NCBI GenBank assembly: GCA_038046725.1
Contig: JBBSVQ010000018.1
Span: forward strand, 24,168-88,167
Source: Thermoplasmatota archaeon
Lineage (GTDB): Archaea; Thermoplasmatota; E2; JACPAO01; JAHFTW01
Length of the DNA: 64,000 nucleotides
Direction of reading: 5' to 3'
In this document: piece by piece, positions 26,186-36,021 of the stretch
Layout of the letters: each line of letters opens with the position of its first letter
Numbering within the stretch: position 1 is the stretch's first letter
Notes under the pieces: generated by a model
What the model was told of the DNA's origin: nothing
The model's input: only the letters and a program-made list of their open reading frames with translations
Databases searched by the model: none
Position numbers and translations under genes: made by a program

Positions 26186-28324
26186 TCACCTTGTCTGGGC
26201 GCGGCGACGCAGGGCGAGCAGCGCCAAGGCGAGAACCGCGATGCCCAGGGACGCCGGCGGCGACCGCTGCGACGACGCGTCCGGCAGTGACGCCAGTTGC
26301 GCGGCATCGTCGCGCGTCGCCGCCGGGTCAACGACGACGGTGAGGCGCAGTCCGACGGACCGCGCCGGGTCGTTGACGTGCGTGACGTCCAGAAGCAAGT
26401 CGAAGACCTGGCCTGCGGGCACGTCGGGGACGACGAAGCTCACGGGGAGTTGTGCGGCGTTCGGGCCGCGCACGGTTGCTGGCGCCAAGAGGTTCGCGTG
26501 CGGCGTTCCCGTGCCGAACAATCGGACGGCGTGTTCGCCGGTCCCGTTGGCGGGGAAGGACAGCGTGGGCCGCCACAGCACCGTTGCGCCAGGGGCGGCA
26601 CGGCGGACGGCTTCGTCCACGGTGAGCGCCAGGCCTTGGCTGCTGGGCGTGATTGGAATGACGTCGTGGTATTCGTCGACGACCAACACGAGGTGCGCAC
26701 CGGTCCGGATTGCGTACGGGCCGTGGGCCGCGATGCCCGCGAAGGAAGCCGCCACGGCGGGCGCGAGTCCCCCCGGCGCAGGCACGTCCAGGCAGAACAT
26801 CAGGGCCAGGACGAGGTTCTCGGTGCGCGACGGCGCAACCAAGTCGAGCGACGGCGGCATGGGCAGGTCGAGGTGCAGGGCGACCGAGGATGGCCCCGGC
26901 GTCGCGGGGACGGCAACGGAAGCGCGGAATGGGTCCGTGTGGTTGGCGAAGGGACCGAAGCCGTCGAAGTCCTCGCTCGCCAGCATCAGGCGGCCGAAGA
27001 GCGTTCCCGGCGGAGTCGCGGCCTTGCCGACGAGTTCGAGGTCGAGGCTGGCGAGTTCGCCGACGCGGCCGTCGAGTCCGATGGCCAGGGCCGGGTCGAG
27101 GGCGATGGACCAGTAGCTTCCGAAGTCGAATGGCGGCTCGATGGGGCCAACCAGGGGAACGCCGGTGTCGATGTCCGGGCCCAGGGGGCAATTCTCCTCG
27201 CGCGGCATGATGAGGTCGGTGTTGGCCCGTTCGTCGTCCTCAAGCGTGTTCATCCACGGCGTCCCCGGGTTGAAGTCCTGTCCCTGCACCTGCTCGACGC
27301 TGCCGTGCAGCCAAAGTTCCGGGTGGTGGCCGGCGGGTTGCGGGACGGTCGGGTAGTCGACGCCGAGCTTCAGGGTCGTCTCCTCACCCGGGCCGGCCCT
27401 GGCCGTGAATGGGAACAGGCGCATCGTGCCGTGCTCATGGTTGAAGGGAACCGTGACGTACACGTTCACGGTGGCGTTCGCGCCGGCTGCGAGGCGAAGG
27501 CCTGGAGGAACGCGTCCCTCGACTCCGCCGGCGTCAAGGACGAAGGTGAGGTCCAGGTCCTGCTCCACGAGGTTGCTGACCAGGACCGGCCAATGGAACG
27601 TGGTCGCCTCGCCGTTGGACGACCGCACGGGGATGGCCGTCGACAGGCTCAGCGCCCCCGTCGAGCCGGCCGTCGTCAGGAACGTGCCTTCAGGGAAAAC
27701 CGCCTCGTCGCTGGCGCCGACTCCGGTGATGGAGAACGGCACGGGTTGCCGAGGGCTGCCGACGACGAGGGCGTTCCAGTAGGACGTCGCGGCGGTTACG
27801 CGGACAGGTTCCCCCGGTGCTGGGGAGGTTCCGGCTGACGTGAAGATGGCGCCCCACGGGATGGTCGCATTCGCCACCCGGGTCGCGACATCCATGGTGG
27901 CCGCCAAGTCGGCCAGATCCACGGGGGAGTCGGCTTGGTCGAGCCGGTACAGGATGGCGTAGGGATCGCCCCACAGGATGCGGTCGACCTCCGGCGGCAA
28001 GTCGGCCGTCGTCTCGTGCAGCACGATGGCGAGCAGGAACGGCTCGTCTGCGTATTCGAACCACAAGTCCAGTTCCCAGGTGAGGCCCGAGGCCAAATCG
28101 GTGGACAAGTCGGCCACCGTGGCGCGGAACGCCAGGCCCCCATCGAGGACTTCGGCTTCGACGCGCACCAGGTCCACGAACCCGGCGGCTTGGGTCGGCG
28201 CAAGGCCCTGGGAGTCGCCTTGCGGGTCGTCGAGGGCCGCGAGGGTGGCGCCAGGAGCCTGGGCCAGTGCCGAGGGCGCAAGCGGGAGCAAGGGCAAGAC
28301 GAGGGCCAGGGCGAGCCAGCGCAT
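26186..28324 (-). CDS. Large secreted surface protein, paralogue of 52217-54376
   Basis: Signal peptide; SNGEATTF, HEHG, QPAGHH motifs; C-terminal SPPASLGIAVLALALLALRRR. Confidence 0.75.
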   Translation of the reverse strand: MRWLALALVLPLLPLAPSALAQAPGATLAALDDPQGDSQGLAPTQAAGFVDLVRVEAEVLDGGLAFRATVADLSTDLASGLTWELDLWFEYADEPFLLAIVLHETTADLPPEVDRILWGDPYAILYRLDQADSPVDLADLAATMDVATRVANATIPWGAIFTSAGTSPAPGEPVRVTAATSYWNALVVGSPRQPVPFSITGVGASDEAVFPEGTFLTTAGSTGALSLSTAIPVRSSNGEATTFHWPVLVSNLVEQDLDLTFVLDAGGVEGRVPPGLRLAAGANATVNVYVTVPFNHEHGTMRLFPFTARAGPGEETTLKLGVDYPTVPQPAGHHPELWLHGSVEQVQGQDFNPGTPWMNTLEDDERANTDLIMPREENCPLGPDIDTGVPLVGPIEPPFDFGSYWSIALDPALAIGLDGRVGELASLDLELVGKAATPPGTLFGRLMLASEDFDGFGPFANHTDPFRASVAVPATPGPSSVALHLDLPMPPSLDLVAPSRTENLVLALMFCLDVPAPGGLAPAVAASFAGIAAHGPYAIRTGAHLVLVVDEYHDVIPITPSSQGLALTVDEAVRRAAPGATVLWRPTLSFPANGTGEHAVRLFGTGTPHANLLAPATVRGPNAAQLPVSFVVPDVPAGQVFDLLLDVTHVNDPARSVGLRLTVVVDPAATRDDAAQLASLPDASSQRSPPASLGIAVLALALLALRRRAQTR

Positions 28325-28391
28325 GACCAAGACGCGTCGGACCAGGGTTAAAGGAATGGTGGTGGCCACCTCGACGCCGGCCGCCGGGTTC

Positions 28392-29639
28392 ATGACCGGG
28401 ATGGCTGTGCCCGCCGGCATGGCCGCAGCCGGTGCAAACCCCCGCTACTACCGCATGCTCGCAATCGCCCTCGCGGTTGGGATCGTGGTTGCAATCGTCC
28501 TCGGCCTCACCGGCATCACGGGCCCCGGTTTGCTCGAGCTTGAGGCCAGCATCGTCACGCTGTTCCTCGCGGCCATCGTCACCGTCGTCGTCCTGCTGTT
28601 CTTCCTCGTGCGCGTCGGCGACATCTTCAGCATCGAAGCCAAGCTGCGCACCATCCTCGATGCCGAGGGCACCAAGTGGAGCCAGTCCCTCGCCGACGAG
28701 CAACGCAAGGCCGACGAGTTGCGCGAGGCCCTGCGCCGCGACGCCGCCAAGACCAACCAGGACGTCCTGAAGGAGACCGCCTCGCAGCGCATGCGCATCG
28801 ACGACGCCAACTCCGCCGCCGTGCGCGCCGCCAACGAGGCCCAGTCGGCCCTCGCTCAAATCGCCGAGCTGCGCCGCCGCCCAGAGACCTCGCAGGAAGT
28901 CGTGGCCCTCAAGGCGCAACTGGAGCGCAGCGACAAGGAGATGGCCGAACTCAAGCGCCGAGACAACGTCAACTCCCCCCTCCTCAAGGAACTCCAGGAG
29001 GCCGTCAAAGGCCTCGAGGCCGAGATGAAGAAGCAACGCGTCAAGCTCGGCGAGGCCCTCGATGTCGCGGAGAAGCGCGAGATGGAGGCCGCCGCGACGC
29101 GCGCCGGATTGGAGCAGGAGGTCACCGACTTGCGCAAGCGCGCCGAGATTCTCACGCTGAAGTCGCGCGACTTGGAAGGCAAGAACGCCGAACTCGCCGA
29201 CTCCGCCCGCAAGCCCCGCATCACGTTCAAGGACGGCGAGGAGTCGCAGCACGTCCTCTTGCTCGAGGGCATCGGCAACAAGTACGCCGCCCGCCTCAAC
29301 GCCTTGGGCATCATCAGCATCCCGCAACTCGTCGAGGCCCGCGCCAGCGACGTAGCCACCCAGCTGCAAGTCGAACCCGGCATGGTGGAGGAATGGCAGG
29401 GCATGGGCCGCCTGCTCCCCCTGTCCGGCATCGGCCCGCAAGGCGCTGAATTGCTGGCGCGCGCCGGCATCCGCAGCATCCCCGCCTTGGCCGCCCAGGA
29501 CCCCTTGGACCTGTCGGTGAAGTGCAAGGAACTCGTGGCCGGCAAGAAGGTCAAGATGACCAGCCTCGACGTCACGCCCGCCTTGGCGAAGAAGTGGATC
29601 GAGACCGCGCGGCAGGGAAAGTTGGACGCCATCGCCTGA
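28392..29639 (+). CDS. Two-TM coiled-coil protein with C-terminal tandem helix-hairpin-helix (DUF4332-like) domain
   Basis: Two N-terminal TMs, long heptad region, HhH repeats LEGIGNKYAARL and LSGIGPQGAELL; start uncertain. Confidence 0.75.
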   Translation: MTGMAVPAGMAAAGANPRYYRMLAIALAVGIVVAIVLGLTGITGPGLLELEASIVTLFLAAIVTVVVLLFFLVRVGDIFSIEAKLRTILDAEGTKWSQSLADEQRKADELREALRRDAAKTNQDVLKETASQRMRIDDANSAAVRAANEAQSALAQIAELRRRPETSQEVVALKAQLERSDKEMAELKRRDNVNSPLLKELQEAVKGLEAEMKKQRVKLGEALDVAEKREMEAAATRAGLEQEVTDLRKRAEILTLKSRDLEGKNAELADSARKPRITFKDGEESQHVLLLEGIGNKYAARLNALGIISIPQLVEARASDVATQLQVEPGMVEEWQGMGRLLPLSGIGPQGAELLARAGIRSIPALAAQDPLDLSVKCKELVAGKKVKMTSLDVTPALAKKWIETARQGKLDAIA

Positions 29640-29649
29640 GCCGCCGACT

Positions 29650-29813
29650 GCGCCCGTTCGGTGAGCCATGCTGATGCCATGACTGTGACGCCGACGGCGA
29701 CGACCAGCAGAACGTGGTGAATGGCGGCGCGGGGCGCCGCTGCGAATGACGTTCAGTGGGCAAACCGCTGTCGGCGTCGGAAGTCACTGGCTTGTGCGAG
29801 GGGGCCCGCGCGC
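29650..29813 (+). mobile_element. Family B MITE-like element
   Basis: GCGCCCGTTCGGTG...GTGACGCCGACGGCG; core TGGCGGCGCGGGGCGCCGC; GTCGGCGTCGGAAG...TTGTGCGAG. Confidence 0.7.
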
Positions 29814-29824
29814 TGGCGGCGGTT

Positions 29825-30784
29825 CTACTTCGTCTGCCCCGCCAACACGAAGTGCGCGAGCAGCGCCTCGATCTGGATGCGTTCGTTGGCGCCTTCCACC
29901 ATGCGGAACTCGATCTCTCCAACCTTGTCGACGAGCATGACCTTCTGCTTGTCGGGGATGGTGAGGTCGAAGACGGTGCGGTGGATTTGCCGGATGACGT
30001 CCTCGCCGCTGAGGCCGTACTCGATGAGGAGGTTGTCGAGCACGTTGCGGCTCGCCATGAAGTCGCCATCGAGGGCGGTTTCCAGGAGTTTCTTGACCTC
30101 CTCCGGTCGCGCCGTGCTCGTCGTCTTGTAAATGGATTCATCCGTGACGGCGCCGCCGAGTGCGGCTGCGACTTGCAGCGTGTTGACGGTTCGGCGCAGG
30201 TCACCCTTGGCCACGAACAGCAGCGCCTCGACGCCTTCCGCTGTGATTTCGACGTTCTCCGCCTTGGCGATCTTGCGCACGTACTTCTTGACCTGGTCCT
30301 GCGTCAGCGGGCGGAAGCGGAAGACGGCGCAGCGGCTCTGGATGGGGTCGATGATCTTCGAGGAGTAGTTGCAACTCAGGATGAAGCGCGTCGTCGCCGT
30401 GTACTTCTCCATGGTGCGGCGCAGGGCGCTCTGCGCGTCATGCGTCAATGCGTCGGCCTCGTCGAGGAAGACGATCTTGAAGCCGCCGTGCTCGGCGGAG
30501 CCGACGCGGGCGAATTCCTTGATCTTGCCGCGCACGACACCGATGCCGCGTTCGTCGGAGGCGTTGAGTTCGAGGAAGCGGCCGGCCCAGCCGTCGCTGC
30601 CGAAGAGGTCGCGTGCGATGGCGATGGCGGACGTCGTCTTGCCCGTGCCCGGGGGGCCGGCGAACATCAGGTGCGGGATGTTGCGAGCGGCGACGTAGGC
30701 CTTGAGCCGCTCCACGGTGTCCTCCTGGCCGACGACGTCGGCGAGGGTGCGGGGGCGGTACTTCTCGACCCAGACGTCCTTCAT
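29825..30784 (-). CDS. rfcS: Replication factor C small subunit (no intein)
   Basis: WVEKYRP, GPPGTGKTT, ELNASDERG, FLDEAD, ALRRTME, IQSRC. Confidence 0.96.
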   Translation of the reverse strand: MKDVWVEKYRPRTLADVVGQEDTVERLKAYVAARNIPHLMFAGPPGTGKTTSAIAIARDLFGSDGWAGRFLELNASDERGIGVVRGKIKEFARVGSAEHGGFKIVFLDEADALTHDAQSALRRTMEKYTATTRFILSCNYSSKIIDPIQSRCAVFRFRPLTQDQVKKYVRKIAKAENVEITAEGVEALLFVAKGDLRRTVNTLQVAAALGGAVTDESIYKTTSTARPEEVKKLLETALDGDFMASRNVLDNLLIEYGLSGEDVIRQIHRTVFDLTIPDKQKVMLVDKVGEIEFRMVEGANERIQIEALLAHFVLAGQTK

Positions 30785-30850
30785 CGCGCGGCGGACAAGC
30801 CGGCCGGATAAGAAGGTGGGGGGCCTGCGAGGAGAATCGACGACTCCGGC

Positions 30851-30911
30851 GACCGCGCCCGTTCGGTGAGCTGCATCCGTCAACCTCCTTGTGACGCCGA
30901 CTCCGACGGCC
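30851..30911 (+). mobile_element. Family B left-end fragment
   Basis: GACCGCGCCCGTTCGGTG...GTCAACCTCCTTGTGACGCCGAC. Confidence 0.65.
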
Positions 30912-30957
30912 AGCTCAAGACAATGCAACGGGTGCCGGGCGCCCGGCCGTTTGGACC

Positions 30958-31020
30958 CAGGGAAAACCACAGAAGCGAGGGAACGCACGAGAGGTTCTGT
31001 GGGATTCTGTTCTTTCCCGG
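30958..31020. repeat. Degenerate family A hairpin
   Basis: CAGGGAAAACCACAGAA ... TTCTGTGGGATTCTGTTCTTTCCCGG. Confidence 0.55.
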
Positions 31021-31052
31021 GAAGCCCAATCCAAGGAGCCCCGGCCAGGCGG

Positions 31053-31703
31053 CTAGGCCGGGTTCGAACCCAGCGCCCGCACGATGCCGGCCAGGAGCGT
31101 GCTGGGGACGACGGCGAGCACGTTGCCGTCGGCAACCGCCGCCACCTCGCGCAGGCGCGCCGCCATGTGGGCCTCGCGGGCGTCCTCGACGCGCCGCATT
31201 CCCCGTGGGCGCGTCCACGCCGCATCCCAGTTCGCGGCGACGTCGTACGCGTCCGTTCCCGTGACGCCGCGCTTGAGCAGGCGCGACTTGATGCCGTTGG
31301 ACTGGATGATGTGGTGGAAGCGCACGTGCTTGGTGTACAGCGTCGCGTGCGCGTCGTCGTCGAGGTCCAAGGCGCTCAAGGGCACGCCGTCGGCGCGGGC
31401 GACCTGGTGCGCGATTTCGAGGTCGGGGCTGGGCACACGCGTCGCCCCGAACGGCGCAAGCAGTCCCATCAGGCGCTCGTGCGTGTCGTCCAGCGGCGGG
31501 AGCTCCGCCGGCGCGGCGCTCGCGGACGCCAAGGTGTCCAGCGTCGCCAGGTCCTCGGGCGGGACTCCCAAGGCGACGACGCGGGGGTGGAAGGCCTCGT
31601 AGGCCTGGCGCACACGCTCGCCGTCGGGGACGAAGCCGGCGATGGTGCCGAGCAGGAGGACGGGGTTGCCGGCGACGTCGAGCCTGGCTTGGGGGGTGCC
31701 CAC
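31053..31703 (-). CDS. Conserved hypothetical protein, TraB-like
   Basis: LLGTIAG...RVRQAYEAFHPRVVALG and REAHMAARL resemble TraB/PrgY-like proteins (from memory, not searched). Confidence 0.55.
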   Translation of the reverse strand: MGTPQARLDVAGNPVLLLGTIAGFVPDGERVRQAYEAFHPRVVALGVPPEDLATLDTLASASAAPAELPPLDDTHERLMGLLAPFGATRVPSPDLEIAHQVARADGVPLSALDLDDDAHATLYTKHVRFHHIIQSNGIKSRLLKRGVTGTDAYDVAANWDAAWTRPRGMRRVEDAREAHMAARLREVAAVADGNVLAVVPSTLLAGIVRALGSNPA

Positions 31704-31867
31704 GCCGTTGCCACGGGGGTCTCCCGGATGACCATTGCGACGACCCCCATTCGTTCGTCTGCCCCGGACGGGCTTGCCTCCGGCCTGGCCGACGCCGGAG
31801 CGTGTCCGCGCCGCCCCAATCCTTGATAACCGGCCGCACGGTTGGCCACAAGCGAGCACAGGCAGCC

Positions 31868-32266
31868 ATGAAGATCGACATCGGAACGGAAGGCAAGATC
31901 CTCGGGACCAAGAAGGTCAGCCCCAACGGCCAGGTCTCGGGCCTGTCCGAGTACGCCGGCGAGGAAGTCCTCATCATCTACCCGGGCCCGCGCGAGCCGC
32001 GCATCAAGATGGACGCCAAGGACTACGTCCACGAAGTCGAGAAGGCCGTGCAGAACCAGATGAAGGGCGCCTTCCAGCAGTACAAGGCCCTCAAGGCGAA
32101 GTACAAGGACGAGACGACGGCGACGCGCGAATTCATCCGCGCCAAGAGCCCGCAGAACTTCCAGGGCCTCATCGAATCCGTCGACGCCTGGGTGGCCGGC
32201 CAGGTCGGCAAGGCCGAGAAGAAGGTTGCCGAGAAGCTTGGCGACGACGACGAACAGAACGTTTGA
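31868..32266 (+). CDS. AbrB-like (DUF2080-type) N-terminal domain plus amphipathic helical C-terminus
   Basis: KKVSPNGQVSGLSEYAGEEVLII swapped-hairpin-like pattern; Lys/Glu-rich helices follow. Confidence 0.6.
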   Translation: MKIDIGTEGKILGTKKVSPNGQVSGLSEYAGEEVLIIYPGPREPRIKMDAKDYVHEVEKAVQNQMKGAFQQYKALKAKYKDETTATREFIRAKSPQNFQGLIESVDAWVAGQVGKAEKKVAEKLGDDDEQNV

Positions 32267-32312
32267 CGACGCGTCACCAACGCTGAAGACCCCGGGCCCT
32301 CGTGGGTGGCAG

Positions 32313-32714
32313 GTGCAGCGCCTCGCCGCAGTCCTTCTCTTGGCTGCCCTTGCCGGGTGCGCCCAACCCCTGACCGGGGCCGACGTCGAGGTCGCCGAGT
32401 ACCTGATTTCGCGGGACAACGACTTGCTTCAGCAGGCTTCCGGCGGCGGCGTCTCCACGGCCACTTGCGCGGTCGGCAAACACGTTCACCTCCTGATGCT
32501 CGAAGGGGCCGCTGATTGGACGGATCCCGCCGGTTGGCGCGTCCTAGTCGGCGAGACGAGGCTGATTGCCGTGGAGGTCGACTTGCTGCAGGGAACCTTG
32601 TACGTCTACGCGTGCCTCTCGCCGGGCGAGACCGTTTCTCGGCTGCGCTACGAACGCGGCAGCGAGGTGCTCGCCACGGCCGTGGTGGACATCGAGCCGA
32701 CGATGGCGTCGTGA
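32313..32714 (+). CDS. Hypothetical lipoprotein
   Basis: Lipobox LLAALAGC after a GTG start. Confidence 0.55.
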   Translation: MQRLAAVLLLAALAGCAQPLTGADVEVAEYLISRDNDLLQQASGGGVSTATCAVGKHVHLLMLEGAADWTDPAGWRVLVGETRLIAVEVDLLQGTLYVYACLSPGETVSRLRYERGSEVLATAVVDIEPTMAS

Positions 32715-32822
32715 ATTCGCTGCGCCGAGAAAACGCAGGGCTCTGTGCGGTCTGGGGGTTCCCAGGGCGCCCGACGGCAGGTCGCGGCGCCATCTCCTGA
32801 AGCGTCGGTGAGGTTGTCGTGG

Positions 32823-32877
32823 CCCCCGGAGTCGGAGGAAGGAGGTTGACTGATGCGGCCACCGAACGGGCGCGGTC
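32823..32877 (-). mobile_element. Family B left-end fragment (inverted)
   Basis: GGAGTCGGAGGAAGGAGGTTGAC...CACCGAACGGGCGCGGTC. Confidence 0.65.
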
Positions 32878-32886
32878 GACCAACAA

Positions 32887-33372
32887 TCACACGGTCTTGA
32901 TGCGCATGGCCTCGGCGAGGTTGGACTCGGTGCGGGCCTCGTCGAGGACCTTCGTCAACACGGCGACGTCCTCGCGGGCATCCTCGTCCTCCGGGTTCAT
33001 CTCCGCGGCCTTCGCGAAGGCATCGCAGGCGCGGCGCAGGAGCTCGCTCAGGGACTCGTCCGGCAACTCGGTGCGGCGCGGCCCGACGGGCAGGGCCTCG
33101 GCCTTGGCCAGGGCAAGGAACAGGTTGGCCACTCCGACTTGGTAGTGCATCTCCGCGTTCTGGGGCTCCAGAACGAGGGCGTCCTGCGCGGCGGCCAGGC
33201 TGGCGGCGTGGTTGCCGACGGCGCGTTCGAGGTTTGCGCGGCGCAGCAGCCGGTCGGCGGACGGGCCGTGGCGGCGCAACTCGAGGTTGATGCGGCTCAA
33301 GGCCTGGAAGGATTCGACGTAGTCGAGGTCCGACGGGGCCTGCACAAGTTGGGTCAAGAGGCGTTGGCGCAT
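32887..33372 (-). CDS. TPR-containing protein
   Basis: AALAAAQDALVLEPQNAEMHYQVG and AFAKAAEMNPEDEDA TPR-like motifs. Confidence 0.7.
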   Translation of the reverse strand: MRQRLLTQLVQAPSDLDYVESFQALSRINLELRRHGPSADRLLRRANLERAVGNHAASLAAAQDALVLEPQNAEMHYQVGVANLFLALAKAEALPVGPRRTELPDESLSELLRRACDAFAKAAEMNPEDEDAREDVAVLTKVLDEARTESNLAEAMRIKTV

Positions 33373-33548
33373 TCTTGCTTCCAGACTCCTGTTGCCGCCC
33401 TCGTGCGAATTAAGGGTTATGGCAAGGTTGTTTAACCGTCGCTCCCGAGGATAATTGTCGGGCGCGCGGCCGGCGTCCCTGCACCCGGTTTTTGCCCCCG
33501 CCCCGACCGGTGCCTTAAATGGAGCGCACCGATGGACGAAAGCCTGCC

Positions 33549-35618
33549 ATGACGGACGAGGCTACCCTCCGCCGGACCGAACCGGCCCTCCTGCCACCCC
33601 CCGCAGTTTGGATGGCAAACCAGCCCTTCGTGACCACGGCGGACGTCAAGGTCCCCGAGAAACTGCTCGACCAGGTCATCGGCCAGGACCACGCCGTCAC
33701 CGTCGTGCGCAAGGCCGCCGAGCAGAAGCGCCACGTCATGCTCATCGGCGACCCCGGAACCGGGAAATCCATGCTCGCCCGGGCCATGACGGAGTTCCTG
33801 CCCAAAGAGGAGCTCGAGGACGTCATCGCGTACCCGAACCCGGAGGACCAGAACACGCCGCGCATTCGCGTCGTTCCCGCCGGCAAGGGCAAGGAAATCG
33901 TGGACGCGCAGAAGTTCGAGGCCCGCAAGAAACAGGAGCAACGCGGCTTCCTCATGATGGTCCTCATGCTGACCGTCGTCGGCCTCAGCCTCTTCATTGC
34001 CTTCACCACCGGGCAGTACCAGACCATCCTTTACGGCCTGCTCGGCGCCATGCTCGTGTTCTTCCTGTTCCGCTCGGCGGGCATGCAGCGCAGCGTGCAG
34101 ATGGTTCCCAAGCTCCTCGTCGGCCATGACCCCGATGAAGTGGCGCCCTTCGTCGACGCGACGGCCGCCCACTCGGGCGCCCTGCTCGGCGACGTCCGGC
34201 ACGACCCGTTCCAGGCCGGCGGCCTCGAGACCCCCGCGCACGACCGCGTCGAGGCCGGCGCCATCCACAAGGCCAACCGCGGCGTGCTCTACATCGACGA
34301 GATCAACACGCTGCACCTGCCCAGCCAGCAGCACCTGTTGACCGCCATTCAGGACCGCCGCTTCCAAATCACGGGTCAATCGGAGCGCTCGTCGGGCGCC
34401 ATGGTGAAGACCGAACCCGTGCCGTGCAACTTCATCCTGGTTGCCGCAGGCAACCTGGATGCTCTCCAAGGCATGCACCCGGCCTTGCGCTCACGCATCC
34501 GCGGCTACGGCTACGAAGTGTACGTCCGCGACCAAATGGACGACACCGAGGAGAACCGCCAAAAGCTGGTGCGTTTCGTCGCCCAGGAAGTCATCCGCGA
34601 CGGCAAGATCCCGCACTTCGACAAGTCGGGCGTCGCCGAGATCATCCACGAGGCGCAGCGCCGCAGCGGCCAGAAGGGCAAGTTGACGCTGCGCCTGCGT
34701 GAATTGGGCGGCCTCGTGCGCGTCGCCGGCGACCTCGGCAAAGAGGACCAGGCCGCCGTGGCAACCTCCGCGCACGTGCTGCGCGCCAAGAGCATCGCTC
34801 GCTCACTTGAGCAGCAGATCTACGACCGCCACATCGAGCACAAACAGAAGTACCAACTCATCCACACCGAAGGCGTCGCCGTCGGCATGGTGAACGGCCT
34901 CGCCGTCTTCAGCGCCGACAACGGCATGAGCGAGCACTCCGGCATCGTGATGCCCATCGTCTCCGAAGTCACACCGGCCTCGAGCCGCGGCGAAGGCAAG
35001 ATCATCGCCACGGGCAAACTCGGGGAAATCGCGAAGGAGGCTGTGCAGAACATCTCGGCCATCTTCAAGAAGTTCCTCGCCGAGGACGTGTCAAACCACG
35101 ACGTGCACATCCAGTTCGTCCTCGCCCACGAAGGCGTGGAAGGCGACTCCGCGTCGGTGTCCATCGCGACCGCCGTCATGTCCGCCTTGAGCCGCGTTCC
35201 CATCCGCCAGGACGTCGCCATGACCGGCAGCCTGTCCGTGCACGGCCTCGTGCTGCCCGTGGGCGGCGTCACGGCCAAGATTGAGGCCGCCGCCAAGATT
35301 GGCATCAAGAAGGTCCTCATCCCGAAGGCCAACCTCGTCGATGTGCTCATCGAGGACGACTTCGTCGACAAGATCGAAGTCGTTCCGTGCGACACCATCT
35401 ACGACGTCCTCGAGCACGCCCTCGATGACCACCCGAAGAAGGCGGAACTGTTGGCCAAGCTGCGCACCCTCGAGACCAACTTGCCCCGGGGGCCCACGAA
35501 GGCCGTGCCGGTCCCCGCCCGCGAGCTGCCGACGAAGGACGACATCCCGTCGGAAGACATCCCGAAGCCCATTCGCCGCCGGGCCCCCGTCAAGCCGCCC
35601 GCGACGCCGGCACCCTAG
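33549..35618 (+). CDS. lonB: Archaeal membrane-bound ATP-dependent protease LonB
   Basis: IGDPGTGKS Walker A, TM insert, LYIDEI, EGDSAS catalytic Ser, GGVTAK catalytic Lys; CCTTAAAT upstream. Confidence 0.96.
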   Translation: MTDEATLRRTEPALLPPPAVWMANQPFVTTADVKVPEKLLDQVIGQDHAVTVVRKAAEQKRHVMLIGDPGTGKSMLARAMTEFLPKEELEDVIAYPNPEDQNTPRIRVVPAGKGKEIVDAQKFEARKKQEQRGFLMMVLMLTVVGLSLFIAFTTGQYQTILYGLLGAMLVFFLFRSAGMQRSVQMVPKLLVGHDPDEVAPFVDATAAHSGALLGDVRHDPFQAGGLETPAHDRVEAGAIHKANRGVLYIDEINTLHLPSQQHLLTAIQDRRFQITGQSERSSGAMVKTEPVPCNFILVAAGNLDALQGMHPALRSRIRGYGYEVYVRDQMDDTEENRQKLVRFVAQEVIRDGKIPHFDKSGVAEIIHEAQRRSGQKGKLTLRLRELGGLVRVAGDLGKEDQAAVATSAHVLRAKSIARSLEQQIYDRHIEHKQKYQLIHTEGVAVGMVNGLAVFSADNGMSEHSGIVMPIVSEVTPASSRGEGKIIATGKLGEIAKEAVQNISAIFKKFLAEDVSNHDVHIQFVLAHEGVEGDSASVSIATAVMSALSRVPIRQDVAMTGSLSVHGLVLPVGGVTAKIEAAAKIGIKKVLIPKANLVDVLIEDDFVDKIEVVPCDTIYDVLEHALDDHPKKAELLAKLRTLETNLPRGPTKAVPVPARELPTKDDIPSEDIPKPIRRRAPVKPPATPAP

Positions 35619-35671
35619 TTTCGGCCGGTCGTCTCACGAGCCGCGGATTTCGCGAATGACGGCGGACTTCC

Positions 35672-35872
35672 GCGCCCGTTCTGGGCTCCCACGACAATCC
35701 AGCGCCTTGTGACGCCGACGGCGGCCACGACGTCAACCGGATGATGCCGTCCATTGGCGGCGCGGGGCGCCGCCTCGGCGCGCTTCGCGCGCCGCTTCGT
35801 CAAATGGTTGAGTTGGAAGTCGCCGGAGTCGGCGGAGGAAGTCGTTGGACCGTAGCGAGGATGAACGCGCGC
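35672..35872 (+). mobile_element. Family B MITE-like element
   Basis: GCGCCCGTTCTGGG...TTGTGACGCCGACGGCG; core TGGCGGCGCGGGGCGCCGC; GTTGGAC...GAACGCGCGC. Confidence 0.75.
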
Positions 35873-36021
35873 GGCCGCGACCGGACCGATGACCATCGAT
35901 TCGCGCACAAGGCCTGACCCGAATGCGCGCGAATCCGCGAAAATCAGCCGCTTCGCGGGCAACTCCGCGCTTTCAGCCCGCGCAGCGAGACCATCAAGTA
36001 GCCCGAGGTTTTTCCCCAGGC

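Noticed and set aside
29825-30784. Possible intein in RFC small subunit or gyrase
   Set aside because: Lengths are standard and no intein terminal motifs were seen.
33432-34478. Protein-like 348-aa ORF antisense to lonB
   Set aside because: Fully antisense to the conserved Lon AAA domain; its composition is explained by Lon codon bias.
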